This document shows, piece by piece, positions 6,554 through 15,915 of a DNA stretch of 64,000 bases. The stretch lies in contig JAJFLV010000114.1 in assembly GCA_021772535.1 (NCBI GenBank), positions 22 through 64,021 on the forward strand, read 5' to 3'. Within the stretch, counting starts at the first letter, position 1. Each line of letters opens with the position of its first letter. The translations under genes were made by a program, and so were the position numbers. The notes under the pieces are model-generated. The model did no database searches. It was not told the origin of the DNA and saw only the letters and a program-made list of their open reading frames with translations. This DNA comes from Opitutales bacterium (GTDB lineage Bacteria > Verrucomicrobiota > Verrucomicrobiia > Opitutales > UBA2987).

Positions 6554-9202
6554 TCAAGCCGGAATGCCGATGGATGACTTGCCTTGTTTGACAATTTCCA
6601 GGATTTGCGCCTTTCCAGCGGTCGAGCGCAATACCCTCTGAGCCTCTTTTCGGGAGTCCACGAAAATGAATGTCGAAGGCTCTGCCGGACTGCTTTCACC
6701 GGCCCCGGCTCCACCTGAACCAGAGGCGGCCCCAAAGCTGGCCGGTGACGGTTGCGGAGACGGCAAGGATAAAGCTGTGGGCAACTTCCCGGAACTTGCA
6801 ACCTTTTGCGCTCGGGCGATCCGGGTCATAATGGATTCCGGCCCAGGATTTCGATTTATCATTTCCAGGAGCGGCCGGTCTTTTCGAGTTCCAAAGGCAT
6901 TGGTAACGAACTCATCTCGCCCGTCTTCGTTTACGGGAATCAATTGCGGTCCACCCGTAACAAGACCACCGGACAGTTTCCCTTTGCCAAAAACGCCACC
7001 AACGGCCTTGGCGATACCGGTGGCCTCACCCTTCGGGTTCACTGCGCCCCCGAAATCAAAGCGGAGGGGAACCCCCAATGCCCTTAAAATCAGGTTCATA
7101 ACGATCAGCTTGAGAAGAGTCGTTATCATCTGAGCGATCAATTGGCGAAACACCTGCCCGGCCAACTGCCCAAAACTCTGACTGCTAACAGCGGCTTGTC
7201 CAAAAGCCCCCGCCAAATCCCCCAGCAAATTGGCACTCGCAAGCATTCCCTGGTTGAATTGCTTGGATCCCTTTGTCATTTCAGAATTGAGCTTCTTTTC
7301 CAGATCGAGAAGCTTTTCGGCTATATCGAGACGCTTTTCATCGGCCAATACTCCCTCATCGGTGACAGAGGCTAAATCCATCTGAAGAGTGGAAATATCC
7401 TGGATCAATTGAGCCATCCTCTCCGCTTTGGAAAGTCTTTGAAAATCGAGCTGATCCTGGCCTTCAGTCAGTTGAATTTTCCGTTGAGCAATATCGGCTT
7501 CAGCCAGAGCCAATTCGATGAGACGCTGGAGTTCCTGGATGCGAAATGCTTTCCCTTCCTTTTCATCTCCACCGGCAAAGGCGGCATCGGCCAAGGTTTT
7601 GAGTTCGAGGGCTTCCGCCTGCAACCGGACAATCTTCTCGGCCGTGCTTTCACCAAGATTTTTCAGCCGATTTTCGAGTATAGCCAAGCGGTCAAACTTT
7701 TGCTCGATATCCGATGAACCAGTATTCCCTTCACCGAGGCCGCCCCCAACGGAAACCCCTGGAGAGGGTTGAAAGCCCTTGTCTGCAATAGCGCGATCTG
7801 TTTGCCCCAGGATGGCCTTTAACAAGATAATTTCAGACCTCAAATTAGCCGATTTCTTGTTCAGTTCTTCTATTACGGTATTCACCGGATCGGTAATTAT
7901 GCCGTTTTCTAGTTTAACAACCTCCTGAAAGACTTCCTTTCGCGCCTGGACGATATTACGGATTTGAGCCTTGATCTGCTTTCGGATAACTTCCAGGTCC
8001 TCGACCGTTTTGGCCGCCTGGAGGGAGGATCTGAATTGCGAAACATTAGCACCGGAAAATGCCTCAACCGTCTCGAAGATTTCACCTACCCATCTGGCTA
8101 CAAAGGCGAACTCTTTAGCCATTTCGGTAAGAACGCCGAGCAAACCGGACTCACCCAACTGGATAACCAAGCCCTCGACCGCGCTCTTAAATTCCTTCCA
8201 CTGGCCGAGAAGCCCTTCCATCTGGACACCGGCAACCCGCTCTGTAGTTCCACCGGCCCGATCCAGCTTTTCAATGAACCTTTCCAGGGCATCAGAGCCC
8301 TGGCCAATGAGGGCAGACATGGCAGGCCCGGCCCGTTTACCGAAAATGGCGATGATGTCAGAGGTTGATGCCCCGGATTCTTCCAAATCGCGGATAATCC
8401 CGATCAACGGGCGCATCTTCCCCGCGCTGTCCGTAACCTCGATGCCGAGGCGCTTGATAACCCCGGCCGCCTCAGTGGTTGGCTTGGTAAGGTTAATGAG
8501 GATATTCCGTAGGGCGGTCCCGGCCAACTCTCCCTTGAGCCCGGCATTGCCCAGCAAACCGATAGCGGCAGAGGTTTCCTTGAACTCGATACCAAGGGCG
8601 GCGGCAATGGGACCAACGAACTTCATGGATTCGCCGATCTCTGTCAGCGTGGTATTGGAGTCCGTAAAGGTAGCCACCAAAATATCGTTGGCCTCTCCCA
8701 GCTTGTCGGCTTCCAGGCGGTAGCCGGTCAAAATATTGGTTACGATATCGGCGGCCTCACCAAGATCGATCTGAGCAGCGGCAGCCAGGTTGAGGGTATC
8801 CGGCATGACCGCCAGAATGGTGTTTGCCTCAAAACCGGCCTGGGCCAGAAAGCCCATAGCATCGGCGGCCTGTGAAGCGGTGAATTGAGTAGTCTTGCCC
8901 AACTCGGCGGCCAGCTTTTTCAGAGCCTCCAATTGTGAACCTGTGGCCCCGGTGAGAACCTCGACCCGTTTCATCTGTGCCTCGAAGTCGGCCAGGGTGG
9001 AAACGGCCTCGCGCAGAGCTGTAGCAAAAGAGAATGCCCCCAATGCGCCGGCGGCAAAACCGATCCCCTTTTTCAAGGTTGAACTGAGTTTTTGCGAACG
9101 CTTTTGAACGGCGTCCATTTTCTGAATGGTTTTGTTCAGGCCCTCAAGTTCGGTCTTGATAGCTAGGACAATATCGACCTGGCTCTTTACTGTAGTGCTC
9201 AT
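6554..9202 (-). CDS. Phage tail tape-measure-like protein
   Basis: 882 aa. The segment LGKTTQFTASQAADAMGFLAQAGF and the following Gly/Ala-rich helical core are typical of the tape-measure core region. It also has long coiled-coil stretches and a Gly-rich C-terminus. Confidence 0.75.
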   Translation of the reverse strand: MSTTVKSQVDIVLAIKTELEGLNKTIQKMDAVQKRSQKLSSTLKKGIGFAAGALGAFSFATALREAVSTLADFEAQMKRVEVLTGATGSQLEALKKLAAELGKTTQFTASQAADAMGFLAQAGFEANTILAVMPDTLNLAAAAQIDLGEAADIVTNILTGYRLEADKLGEANDILVATFTDSNTTLTEIGESMKFVGPIAAALGIEFKETSAAIGLLGNAGLKGELAGTALRNILINLTKPTTEAAGVIKRLGIEVTDSAGKMRPLIGIIRDLEESGASTSDIIAIFGKRAGPAMSALIGQGSDALERFIEKLDRAGGTTERVAGVQMEGLLGQWKEFKSAVEGLVIQLGESGLLGVLTEMAKEFAFVARWVGEIFETVEAFSGANVSQFRSSLQAAKTVEDLEVIRKQIKAQIRNIVQARKEVFQEVVKLENGIITDPVNTVIEELNKKSANLRSEIILLKAILGQTDRAIADKGFQPSPGVSVGGGLGEGNTGSSDIEQKFDRLAILENRLKNLGESTAEKIVRLQAEALELKTLADAAFAGGDEKEGKAFRIQELQRLIELALAEADIAQRKIQLTEGQDQLDFQRLSKAERMAQLIQDISTLQMDLASVTDEGVLADEKRLDIAEKLLDLEKKLNSEMTKGSKQFNQGMLASANLLGDLAGAFGQAAVSSQSFGQLAGQVFRQLIAQMITTLLKLIVMNLILRALGVPLRFDFGGAVNPKGEATGIAKAVGGVFGKGKLSGGLVTGGPQLIPVNEDGRDEFVTNAFGTRKDRPLLEMINRNPGPESIMTRIARAQKVASSGKLPTALSLPSPQPSPASFGAASGSGGAGAGESSPAEPSTFIFVDSRKEAQRVLRSTAGKAQILEIVKQGKSSIGIPA

Positions 9203-9320
9203 GGTGAAGTATGCTTTCTATGTTAGGGGATTGTTTCTGGATTGTGGTTTTTCATTGTGCTGTGTGTCTTTCTTGCCTTCGCGTGCATACTCCGACCCGA
9301 TCTTTAATTGCTTTAAAATT

Positions 9321-9692
9321 CTAGTTGGCTCCTGGATTCCTTTCGGCGGCCCTGCGCTCAGCGTGGATAATGTAGCGTAAACGTAGCCGCTCTACAAAAG
9401 CATCGCGGTGCCGCTTGGCGAATGCCGCTCGATGAATATGTTCAGGGGTCCCTGGCTCGACCTCCGAAACGCGCTCCCATAATCGATGTATGAGGCGCAG
9501 GGAAGATTGCCATTCTCTCCGTTCGCGTGGATTTTCACATACGAATTTCAAGACTTCCTGTATAAACCACGGCCAAACCTCATCTTCCTGGTTAAAAATC
9601 TGCTCATGTAAAAGCTCCTCGAAGGCCGCACCCTGTGGATGGCCGGTTACACTTGGCGGAGGATTGAATCTGGGTTTGGAATCCTTTTTCAT
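9321..9692 (-). CDS. Hypothetical protein
   Basis: 123-aa ORF, co-oriented with and directly upstream of the tape-measure gene. No motif recognised. Confidence 0.4.
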   Translation of the reverse strand: MKKDSKPRFNPPPSVTGHPQGAAFEELLHEQIFNQEDEVWPWFIQEVLKFVCENPRERREWQSSLRLIHRLWERVSEVEPGTPEHIHRAAFAKRHRDAFVERLRLRYIIHAERRAAERNPGAN

Positions 9693-9845
9693 CGAATTTG
9701 TCCTTTCATAATCGCTCTGTGCTGGCTGATAAAACGGCCCAAAAGAAGCAATCCACGCCCGGTAAATCCCATTCTTATGAGGTGGATTAAAAAACGCGCC
9801 GTCATCAAAAACTGTTGCTCAAAATTCATCTAAATTCGTAAGTGT

Positions 9846-10217
9846 TTAAGCAGCAAAGCTTACCGTGAATATCCCCTTTATTGAGCCTTGGACAGGCCGG
9901 ATGGATCCGCAAAACCGTGAGGAGTTTTCGGTACCCCGTTTGCCTACAAAATTCCCTAACAAACGGCTTAAATATGAGTCGGCGACAACTGCCAAGAGTC
10001 GCAGAAAATTACTCGCCACAAACCGCTTAATCATCACCTTTGAAATTCCCTCATTTTCGGAAACCCCCTTATCAAGCGACACGACTCCCATTTTATCCAA
10101 CGGTGCGACAGGTAAACGACGGCCATCGCGGAACCTGCGCTCTTTCATAACTGTAATAGATTTCTTCCTAGGGGGGGGTATATTATTGTTAATCAAGATT
10201 TTATGATCTTTTTGCAT
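9846..10217 (-). CDS. Hypothetical protein (weak call)
   Basis: 123-aa ORF in the same orientation as the operon. It is mirrored by an equally long plus-strand ORF (9865-10206), so coding status is uncertain. Confidence 0.25.
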   Translation of the reverse strand: MQKDHKILINNNIPPPRKKSITVMKERRFRDGRRLPVAPLDKMGVVSLDKGVSENEGISKVMIKRFVASNFLRLLAVVADSYLSRLLGNFVGKRGTENSSRFCGSIRPVQGSIKGIFTVSFAA

Positions 10218-10578
10218 AGCTTACTAACCTATTTGAAAACAGAAAAGTAATCTTACAAAGCAAGCCCGGACAAGCCGACAATCCAACCGCATCGACCACC
10301 GCCAAACAGAGGCAGAGCAGTCCAGCATAGGAACCCGCGCCGCCTCCCCTGGCTCTGGCCCGGCCCATTAGATCGAGATCGATCATGCGGCAACGGAATC
10401 CTTCTCGACTACGTGAGTGATCCGCGTCCATTGCTCCTGGCAACTCTCGACCGGCCAAGCTAACCGCCTTTCTCAAATGAGATACCAACCAGCCTTGCTC
10501 AATGGCCAGCAACCCGAACCCATCCCCGGCGACTGAGAGCAACTCTAAACCGGTTTTTCTATTTATCCCCATTATCAT
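10201..10578 (-). CDS. Hypothetical protein (weak call)
   Basis: 125-aa ORF and the first gene downstream of the iteron region. It has a Gly/Ala/Cys-rich hydrophobic C-terminal half. Confidence 0.3.
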   Translation of the reverse strand: MIMGINRKTGLELLSVAGDGFGLLAIEQGWLVSHLRKAVSLAGRELPGAMDADHSRSREGFRCRMIDLDLMGRARARGGGAGSYAGLLCLCLAVVDAVGLSACPGLLCKITFLFSNRLVSYAKRS

Positions 10579-10625
10579 ACTATTGGTTGTTGGTTTGTGT
10601 CATAATTATATCCAATTTACCGTTA

Positions 10626-10970
10626 GATGACGGCAGGTTCGCTTAAATCGTTCTGATGCCGTCATCAAAATCGAGGTTAATAATCAATGAGTTAAGGTAT
10701 CAAAAACAGTTATTAATCGTTACGATGACGGCAATACGGCATCTCGTGTGCGCGATCGCGTGCGCCCACTCGCACACACACATATGCTCGCGCGAGATGC
10801 CGTCATGCCGTCATCGTAACGTAGGTTTAGAATCCATATAGCGTTTACAATCATTGGGTTATAAATCTATTTTCTTGAAAAACATGCCGTCATTAAAACG
10901 CAATATTGTGCATATAGTGTTGAATCTTAACATGATACGCATTTATTATCTAAAAATTAATGGCGTCATC
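10626..10970. repeat. Iteron cluster (TGCCGTCATC, 7 copies in both orientations) containing a ~104-bp palindrome; candidate replication origin or operator array
   Basis: Forward copies lie at 10626-10635 and 10724-10733. Reverse copies lie at 10657-10666, 10798-10806, 10806-10815 and 10885-10893. A degenerate copy lies at 10961-10970. Perfect 16-bp inverted arms CGTTACGATGACGGCA (10718-10733) and TGCCGTCATCGTAACG (10806-10821) flank inner arms GGCATCTCG and CGAGATGCC and a GC-rich core. Confidence 0.7.
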
Positions 10971-11550
10971 CAACACTCACCGGCGCACGCAATGATCGAA
11001 GGTGCCGTGATTTTCTCGGCCTCATCATTAGTTTTTTTAACTCCTGGCGAATCCAGGATTCTTCGTCAGAATCATACTTTCGACCCCCCGCGGCCCATAT
11101 TGCATAAGCCCTTTTTGAACCGCGCGACAGGCTGAACAAATCGACAATCCTGTCGGGGCGATGTTCAGATATTTCTTTCAAATGAAGGCCGTTAATTTTC
11201 AATCTAGCGCGCTCGGCATTTGAGAGCTCGTTGCACTCCGATATTAACTCATCGTAGAGTAATTGCGTATTCAAGATAACCCTGGGGCGTGTATCGGGAT
11301 TGACAACCACGCGGTCGATAAACCCCAAAATTGTCTGCCATCCGTATGTCTCTTTGCCGGCCCCCTTTCGATAATATCCGAACAGCCGTGGATCGATATT
11401 CGCAGGTAGATTTTCGGGCCGTGTGTTTTGCTCCAACTCTGTCTTGACAAGATCCCATGTCGTGGATGACAGCAAATTTTTCAAACATTCCCCTAGTATC
11501 GGCCAACCGCCCGTATTTTGTTTTGTATTCATTACGTTTTTTCCTTTCAT
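10966..11550 (-). CDS. Hypothetical protein immediately upstream of the iterons, possible replication or initiator function
   Basis: The ORF is open from 11607. The ATG at 11550 lies just downstream of the upstream gene's stop codon (11553-11555), so I chose it as the start. No motif recognised. The function is inferred from position only. Confidence 0.45.
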   Translation of the reverse strand: MKGKNVMNTKQNTGGWPILGECLKNLLSSTTWDLVKTELEQNTRPENLPANIDPRLFGYYRKGAGKETYGWQTILGFIDRVVVNPDTRPRVILNTQLLYDELISECNELSNAERARLKINGLHLKEISEHRPDRIVDLFSLSRGSKRAYAIWAAGGRKYDSDEESWIRQELKKLMMRPRKSRHLRSLRAPVSVG

Positions 11551-11552
11551 TT

Positions 11553-11756
11553 TCAGTTTAAACTGCGCGCTTCGATAGTGAACTTTTCGGCTATGATCTT
11601 GTCGCACGTCTCCACATCAAAACGCAGAATTTTCGGCGACAGTCGCACTACCGGCAATTTCCTCCTGGCGATCCAGTTACTAACCGTTCGCAAGCTCACC
11701 GAATATCGCTTCGCAAGCTCTGCTCGTGTAATTAGTTTTTCGGATCCTGATTTCAT
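11553..11756 (-). CDS. Excisionase/AlpA-type HTH DNA-binding protein
   Basis: 67 aa. The sequence ITRAELAKRYSVSLRTVSNWIARRKLPVVRL is a typical excisionase-family HTH. Confidence 0.7.
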   Translation of the reverse strand: MKSGSEKLITRAELAKRYSVSLRTVSNWIARRKLPVVRLSPKILRFDVETCDKIIAEKFTIEARSLN

Positions 11757-11760
11757 GTCC

Positions 11761-11985
11761 TTAATCGGTCCAGGACTTCACCAAGGCCAATACTTCACTC
11801 TCCCGGTAGCGAATTACCCGGCTGTTCACTCGAATGGGAGTGAGCAGCCCCCTCAGCTCCCACCGGTAAATGGTCCCGGTATCTACGCTGAATTTTTCGG
11901 CAATCTCCCTGCGCGAATAATATTTTTCCAACAATTTTGTTTTCATATTTTCAGTAACTTCTGTTTTCTGAATTTTATTATCCAC
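11761..11985 (-). CDS. Excisionase/MerR-type HTH DNA-binding protein, Cro-like position
   Basis: 74 aa with a GTG start. It contains YSRREIAEKFSVDTGTIYRWELRGLLTPIRV. It is transcribed divergently from the XRE repressor gene. Confidence 0.7.
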   Translation of the reverse strand: MDNKIQKTEVTENMKTKLLEKYYSRREIAEKFSVDTGTIYRWELRGLLTPIRVNSRVIRYRESEVLALVKSWTD

Positions 11986-12063
11986 ATTAATGTGGAACAG
12001 ATAATGACTGTTTTTAAAAGAAAAAAACTACTTGACATGAAGTTTTATCCATGCAATGTGGAA
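11981..12063. promoter_or_regulatory. Operator sites in the divergent repressor/excisionase switch region
   Basis: A perfect 16-bp palindrome TCCACATTAATGTGGA lies at 11981-11996 and overlaps the GTG start of the minus-strand HTH gene. A third half-site AATGTGGAA lies at 12055-12063. Confidence 0.55.
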
Positions 12064-12800
12064 AAATCATGCCAAAAAAATCATTGAATTACAGTCCACT
12101 TCGAGAAATCCGTGAATCGATCCCCATGAATCAGATAAACTTCGCAGAAAAAATAGGGTGTTCGGTGAATACCATATTTAATATCGAGACCGACCGGATG
12201 AAACTCAGTCCGGACATAGCAAAACGCATATTTGCTTTAACGGGTTGCCAGCTTGCCTGGGAAAAAGAATCTGGCAATCCGGTAATATTTGCCTGTGATT
12301 GGAAAGGAGAACCGTATACAAAGGACTCTTACAAAAACTGGCGAAAGTTTACTGAATCTTTTAGCGAGAAGCGTGCAAAACCGCGATTAAACGCTCTGAC
12401 AATCCTTTTCCATAACATTTTAATGGGAAGTATAAGACGAAAGAAGTTTCTCACCATATATCTCGAATGTCTTGATTTCTTTAAGAAATTAATCGAAACC
12501 CACGGACTTGAGGATTCAATGAATAGGGTTATCCAAAATGCAGAGACTTACTTCCTCTTTAAGCGCAACATCGAAACGGGCAAGGAAATCCGCAAAAACG
12601 TCCCTGAAATGCTGACAACACTTCGCCTCTATTCCCTGCCCGGAAATCAGGAAATTGAGGAACTTTTTGACGAAAAAGACAAACTTAGCTCTGATTCTTC
12701 ATTTATACAATCACACGCGGAGATGGTCAGGGATGTAGGATTAGGATACGCAACTGTGGTAAACCGAAAAGGAAAAGTGTGCAAGGTTCCTCTCTTTTAG
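12051..12800 (+). CDS. XRE-family (cI-like) transcriptional regulator with a C-terminal extension
   Basis: The HTH is MNQINFAEKIGCSVNTIFNIETDRMKLSPDIAKRIFALTG. The true start may be 12069 or 12126, because 12051 lies inside the operator region. Confidence 0.75.
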   Translation: MQCGKIMPKKSLNYSPLREIRESIPMNQINFAEKIGCSVNTIFNIETDRMKLSPDIAKRIFALTGCQLAWEKESGNPVIFACDWKGEPYTKDSYKNWRKFTESFSEKRAKPRLNALTILFHNILMGSIRRKKFLTIYLECLDFFKKLIETHGLEDSMNRVIQNAETYFLFKRNIETGKEIRKNVPEMLTTLRLYSLPGNQEIEELFDEKDKLSSDSSFIQSHAEMVRDVGLGYATVVNRKGKVCKVPLF

Positions 12801-14024
12801 CTACCGGCCAGCCCCAAAGGCAACCACTTTGCCAGCTTCCAGGGTAGGGGAGATGGCCCAAAACCGCCCGGCCTCTGCCTTTGATTTCAGGTCCAGGTAA
12901 TGCTTGCGAATGACCGCCTCAGAGTTGCCAGCCTGTAAAGCCGCCTCAGATACAGAGCGATCTTTGCCAACCAGCATCGAAACGAAGGTATGGCGCAAAA
13001 TGTCATGCCCCAGGTTGAACTTTTTACGGATTTCCAAGCGCATCTCGCGGCATCCTGGCGGTATGATTTGATACCTTTCAAGCGGATAGCGGCGCAACCA
13101 AGCCGCCAGGTTGAGCTGTATCTGAACATTGCGCTTTTCGTGAACCTTGGACACCTCCGGTTCTACGTGGATCACGCCCGTTTCTTGATTGATATGGTGG
13201 GGCTTGATCTTCCTGATTTCCCCATCCTTCCAATCCGGCCGTATTCCAGCGAAAAGAGCCAATGCGAAGTAGGGCACCATTATGCCAGGGCGCGGCTTTT
13301 TCGTCCCTTTGTGGCCTGTATAGCCTTCCAGGAAGAGCATCAACTTCTCCGTCTCATCCGCCGTCAAGGTCTCCGCCGTTCCCCGGCGATGCTTTATTCG
13401 GTAGTGAGGTATCTGCTCGACCGGGTTGGCCTCGATCCACCCATTTGCCAGACAGAATTTGAAAAAGGTGGACAGGAAGCCGCGCCGGTTATTCCAGGTC
13501 TTTAAAGTCTGGGTTGGAGAATCCAGATAAGCCTTGAGGTTGTCAGAGGTTGCCAAAACAAGCAGGTTTTCGGGCAACTCACGTTCGAGCCGGTGAAGCT
13601 CACGGCGAATCCCGACAAACTGCCTTCTCGATATAATCTTAGGAACCTCCGCCTCCTTTGCCTTCAAATAATCCTCAATTGCCTCTGATAGCGATTTCTC
13701 CACCGCTGGATCCCGCCAAGTATCCAGAAAATGCTGAACTGCAAAGGTGAGCGATTGAGCCTTGCCCTTGAGCAACCCATGAAAGACCCTCTCCGCTTCC
13801 CGCAATTGCTCAGGGTTCAGCGTGGTAGCTACCTGGCGCGTATTCGCCACCTGGTTCAATCTTTGGATTTCGTAAAGTTCCCGGACCTGCAAAGCATCGG
13901 CGCGGTTGCTGAAATTCTTCCTTATCCGTTGGCCATTGACGGTCCCGGAAACCCGCCAGGAGAGAGAACCATTACGGTTAGTAAACTTGGAAATTTTCAC
14001 TCTCTTGGTTCGCATGGTTGCCAA
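12801..14024 (-). CDS. int: Tyrosine recombinase / phage-type integrase
   Basis: 407 aa. It contains FAGIRPD (Arg), HDILRHTF (H-x-x-R) and RKHY (catalytic Tyr). It is adjacent to the tmRNA 3' end. Confidence 0.92.
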   Translation of the reverse strand: MATMRTKRVKISKFTNRNGSLSWRVSGTVNGQRIRKNFSNRADALQVRELYEIQRLNQVANTRQVATTLNPEQLREAERVFHGLLKGKAQSLTFAVQHFLDTWRDPAVEKSLSEAIEDYLKAKEAEVPKIISRRQFVGIRRELHRLERELPENLLVLATSDNLKAYLDSPTQTLKTWNNRRGFLSTFFKFCLANGWIEANPVEQIPHYRIKHRRGTAETLTADETEKLMLFLEGYTGHKGTKKPRPGIMVPYFALALFAGIRPDWKDGEIRKIKPHHINQETGVIHVEPEVSKVHEKRNVQIQLNLAAWLRRYPLERYQIIPPGCREMRLEIRKKFNLGHDILRHTFVSMLVGKDRSVSEAALQAGNSEAVIRKHYLDLKSKAEAGRFWAISPTLEAGKVVAFGAGR

Positions 14025-14092
14025 TTCTATAAAAATTAACTGGCAACCTTTGCAAGCTTTTTCTTAATTATCGTTGATAATCAACGACTTAT

Positions 14093-14447
<355 letters not shown>

Positions 14448-14600
14448 ATTGTTTTTTTGAACAAAGCAGCGATTTTAAAAACCGCTTTTTGAATCAGATT
14501 TTGGGATGAAGAGCGGATTGAGCCGCCAACTTACTTCAAAGAACTTTGGATTTATTTAATCCGTGTAACACACTCAATATCCATCCTAAGAATGACTTTT

Positions 14601-15767
14601 TCAAGTCTTTTCCACCACATTGATATCAGCCTTATTTTCCGGTTCCAGTTCAGGCTCAGGTTTGAGAATCAGCCAATCCTCATCAGAATACTCAGGGGGT
14701 AGAGGATCCGGTTTTTGGCAGGTGCTTTCAATTTCCCGTGGTTTTCGATTTTGGCTCGATTCGTCAAATCCCTGCATGATGTCCAAAACGTGAAAACCCA
14801 ATTGCCCACTGGCCCGGTGGGGGCGGTTTTCATGGATAGACCAAGCCATATCCGCCAGGCCGATTCCCCTTTTGGAATAGTGGTTGTGAGTGTGTTCGAT
14901 TTCCCGCCATTCTTCATCCTCGGTGGTTTTTAAAAGAACGGGATCGTCAAATTTATTGGGATTAGGGCAAACGAGGGTGCCTTCGCCCCCATAAATTTCA
15001 ATATTTGGGTGGGTTGTCCGGCCGATGGCATCAAAAGTGAACACTGAGGTAACCAGAACGCCACATTCGTATTCAACCATTCCGCTGTAGTGGGTGGGCG
15101 TTTCCACTTGAATACGGGCTCCGTAGTGTTCTTCGCAAGTAGCCACTCTTTCCGGCATGGAAATTTGTGAAATGGCGGTCACCCTTTTGGCCGGGCCGAG
15201 GAGAAAGGCCAGAGCCGTTAAATAATACGGACCCATGTCGAAAAGCGGCCCACCACCTTTCTGATAATAGAAAAAGGGGTTGGGATGCCAGCTTTCCACT
15301 CCTGCCGTGGCCATGAAGGCGGTCGCGGCGTGGGGTTTGCCAATGGCGCCGTCATCAATTAATTGCCGGCAGGTTTGCAGTCCGCTACCGAGAAAGGTAT
15401 CAGGAGCGCAACCGATGCGAAGGTTCTTCTGTTCAGCTAATTCGAGCAGTTCCCGGCCATCGTCACGGTTCAGGGCCAATGGTTTTTCCCCATAGACATG
15501 TTTTCCTTTGAGGAGTGCGTTTTTACTTACCTCCGCATGAGCGGCAGGAGTGGTGAGGTTGAGAACGATGTCTATAGCGGGATCATCGAGTAGTTCTTCC
15601 ACCGAGTAAATCTTGGGAATGTCGTATTCACGGGCCGTTTCCCTGGATGCTTGGGGATTAATGTCCCCACAGGCAACGATTTGCAAATGATCGAATTTCT
15701 CTACGCATTCGATATAATGTGAGCAGATTTTTCCGCAACCGATGAGACCGACAGAGATTTTTGTCAT
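14601..15767 (-). CDS. Gfo/Idh/MocA-family NAD(P)-dependent oxidoreductase
   Basis: 388 aa. It has an N-terminal Rossmann motif (ISVGLIGCGKI) and EKPLA, the conserved motif of this family. Confidence 0.8.
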   Translation of the reverse strand: MTKISVGLIGCGKICSHYIECVEKFDHLQIVACGDINPQASRETAREYDIPKIYSVEELLDDPAIDIVLNLTTPAAHAEVSKNALLKGKHVYGEKPLALNRDDGRELLELAEQKNLRIGCAPDTFLGSGLQTCRQLIDDGAIGKPHAATAFMATAGVESWHPNPFFYYQKGGGPLFDMGPYYLTALAFLLGPAKRVTAISQISMPERVATCEEHYGARIQVETPTHYSGMVEYECGVLVTSVFTFDAIGRTTHPNIEIYGGEGTLVCPNPNKFDDPVLLKTTEDEEWREIEHTHNHYSKRGIGLADMAWSIHENRPHRASGQLGFHVLDIMQGFDESSQNRKPREIESTCQKPDPLPPEYSDEDWLILKPEPELEPENKADINVVEKT

Positions 15768-15915
15768 TATTCTAACCTGTTGATTTGAAGTTTACTTGCC
15801 GGATACAATTATTATTTTTTGAGTGGCCGGGAAATCTTTTCGCGTCAATCCTTTTTATTCTCGCTAGACAAATGTTGGAATTCCTTCAAAAGTCCTTAAA
15901 TTTACTAAAAATACA

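Noticed and set aside
9865-10206. 113-aa plus-strand ORF mirroring the minus-strand ORF 9846-10217.
   Set aside because: It runs opposite to the surrounding leftward operon, and neither ORF has a recognisable motif. Only the operon-oriented ORF was kept, at low confidence.
10656-10841. 61-aa ORF spanning the iteron/palindrome region.
   Set aside because: Its sequence is made of the repeated TGCCGTCATC units and the CACACA/CGCG palindrome core, so a non-coding repeat explanation is stronger.
10626-10970. Considered whether the repeated 10-mers could be a CRISPR array.
   Set aside because: The repeats are only 10 bp, occur in both orientations with irregular spacing, and no cas genes are present. 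They are iterons or operators, not CRISPR.
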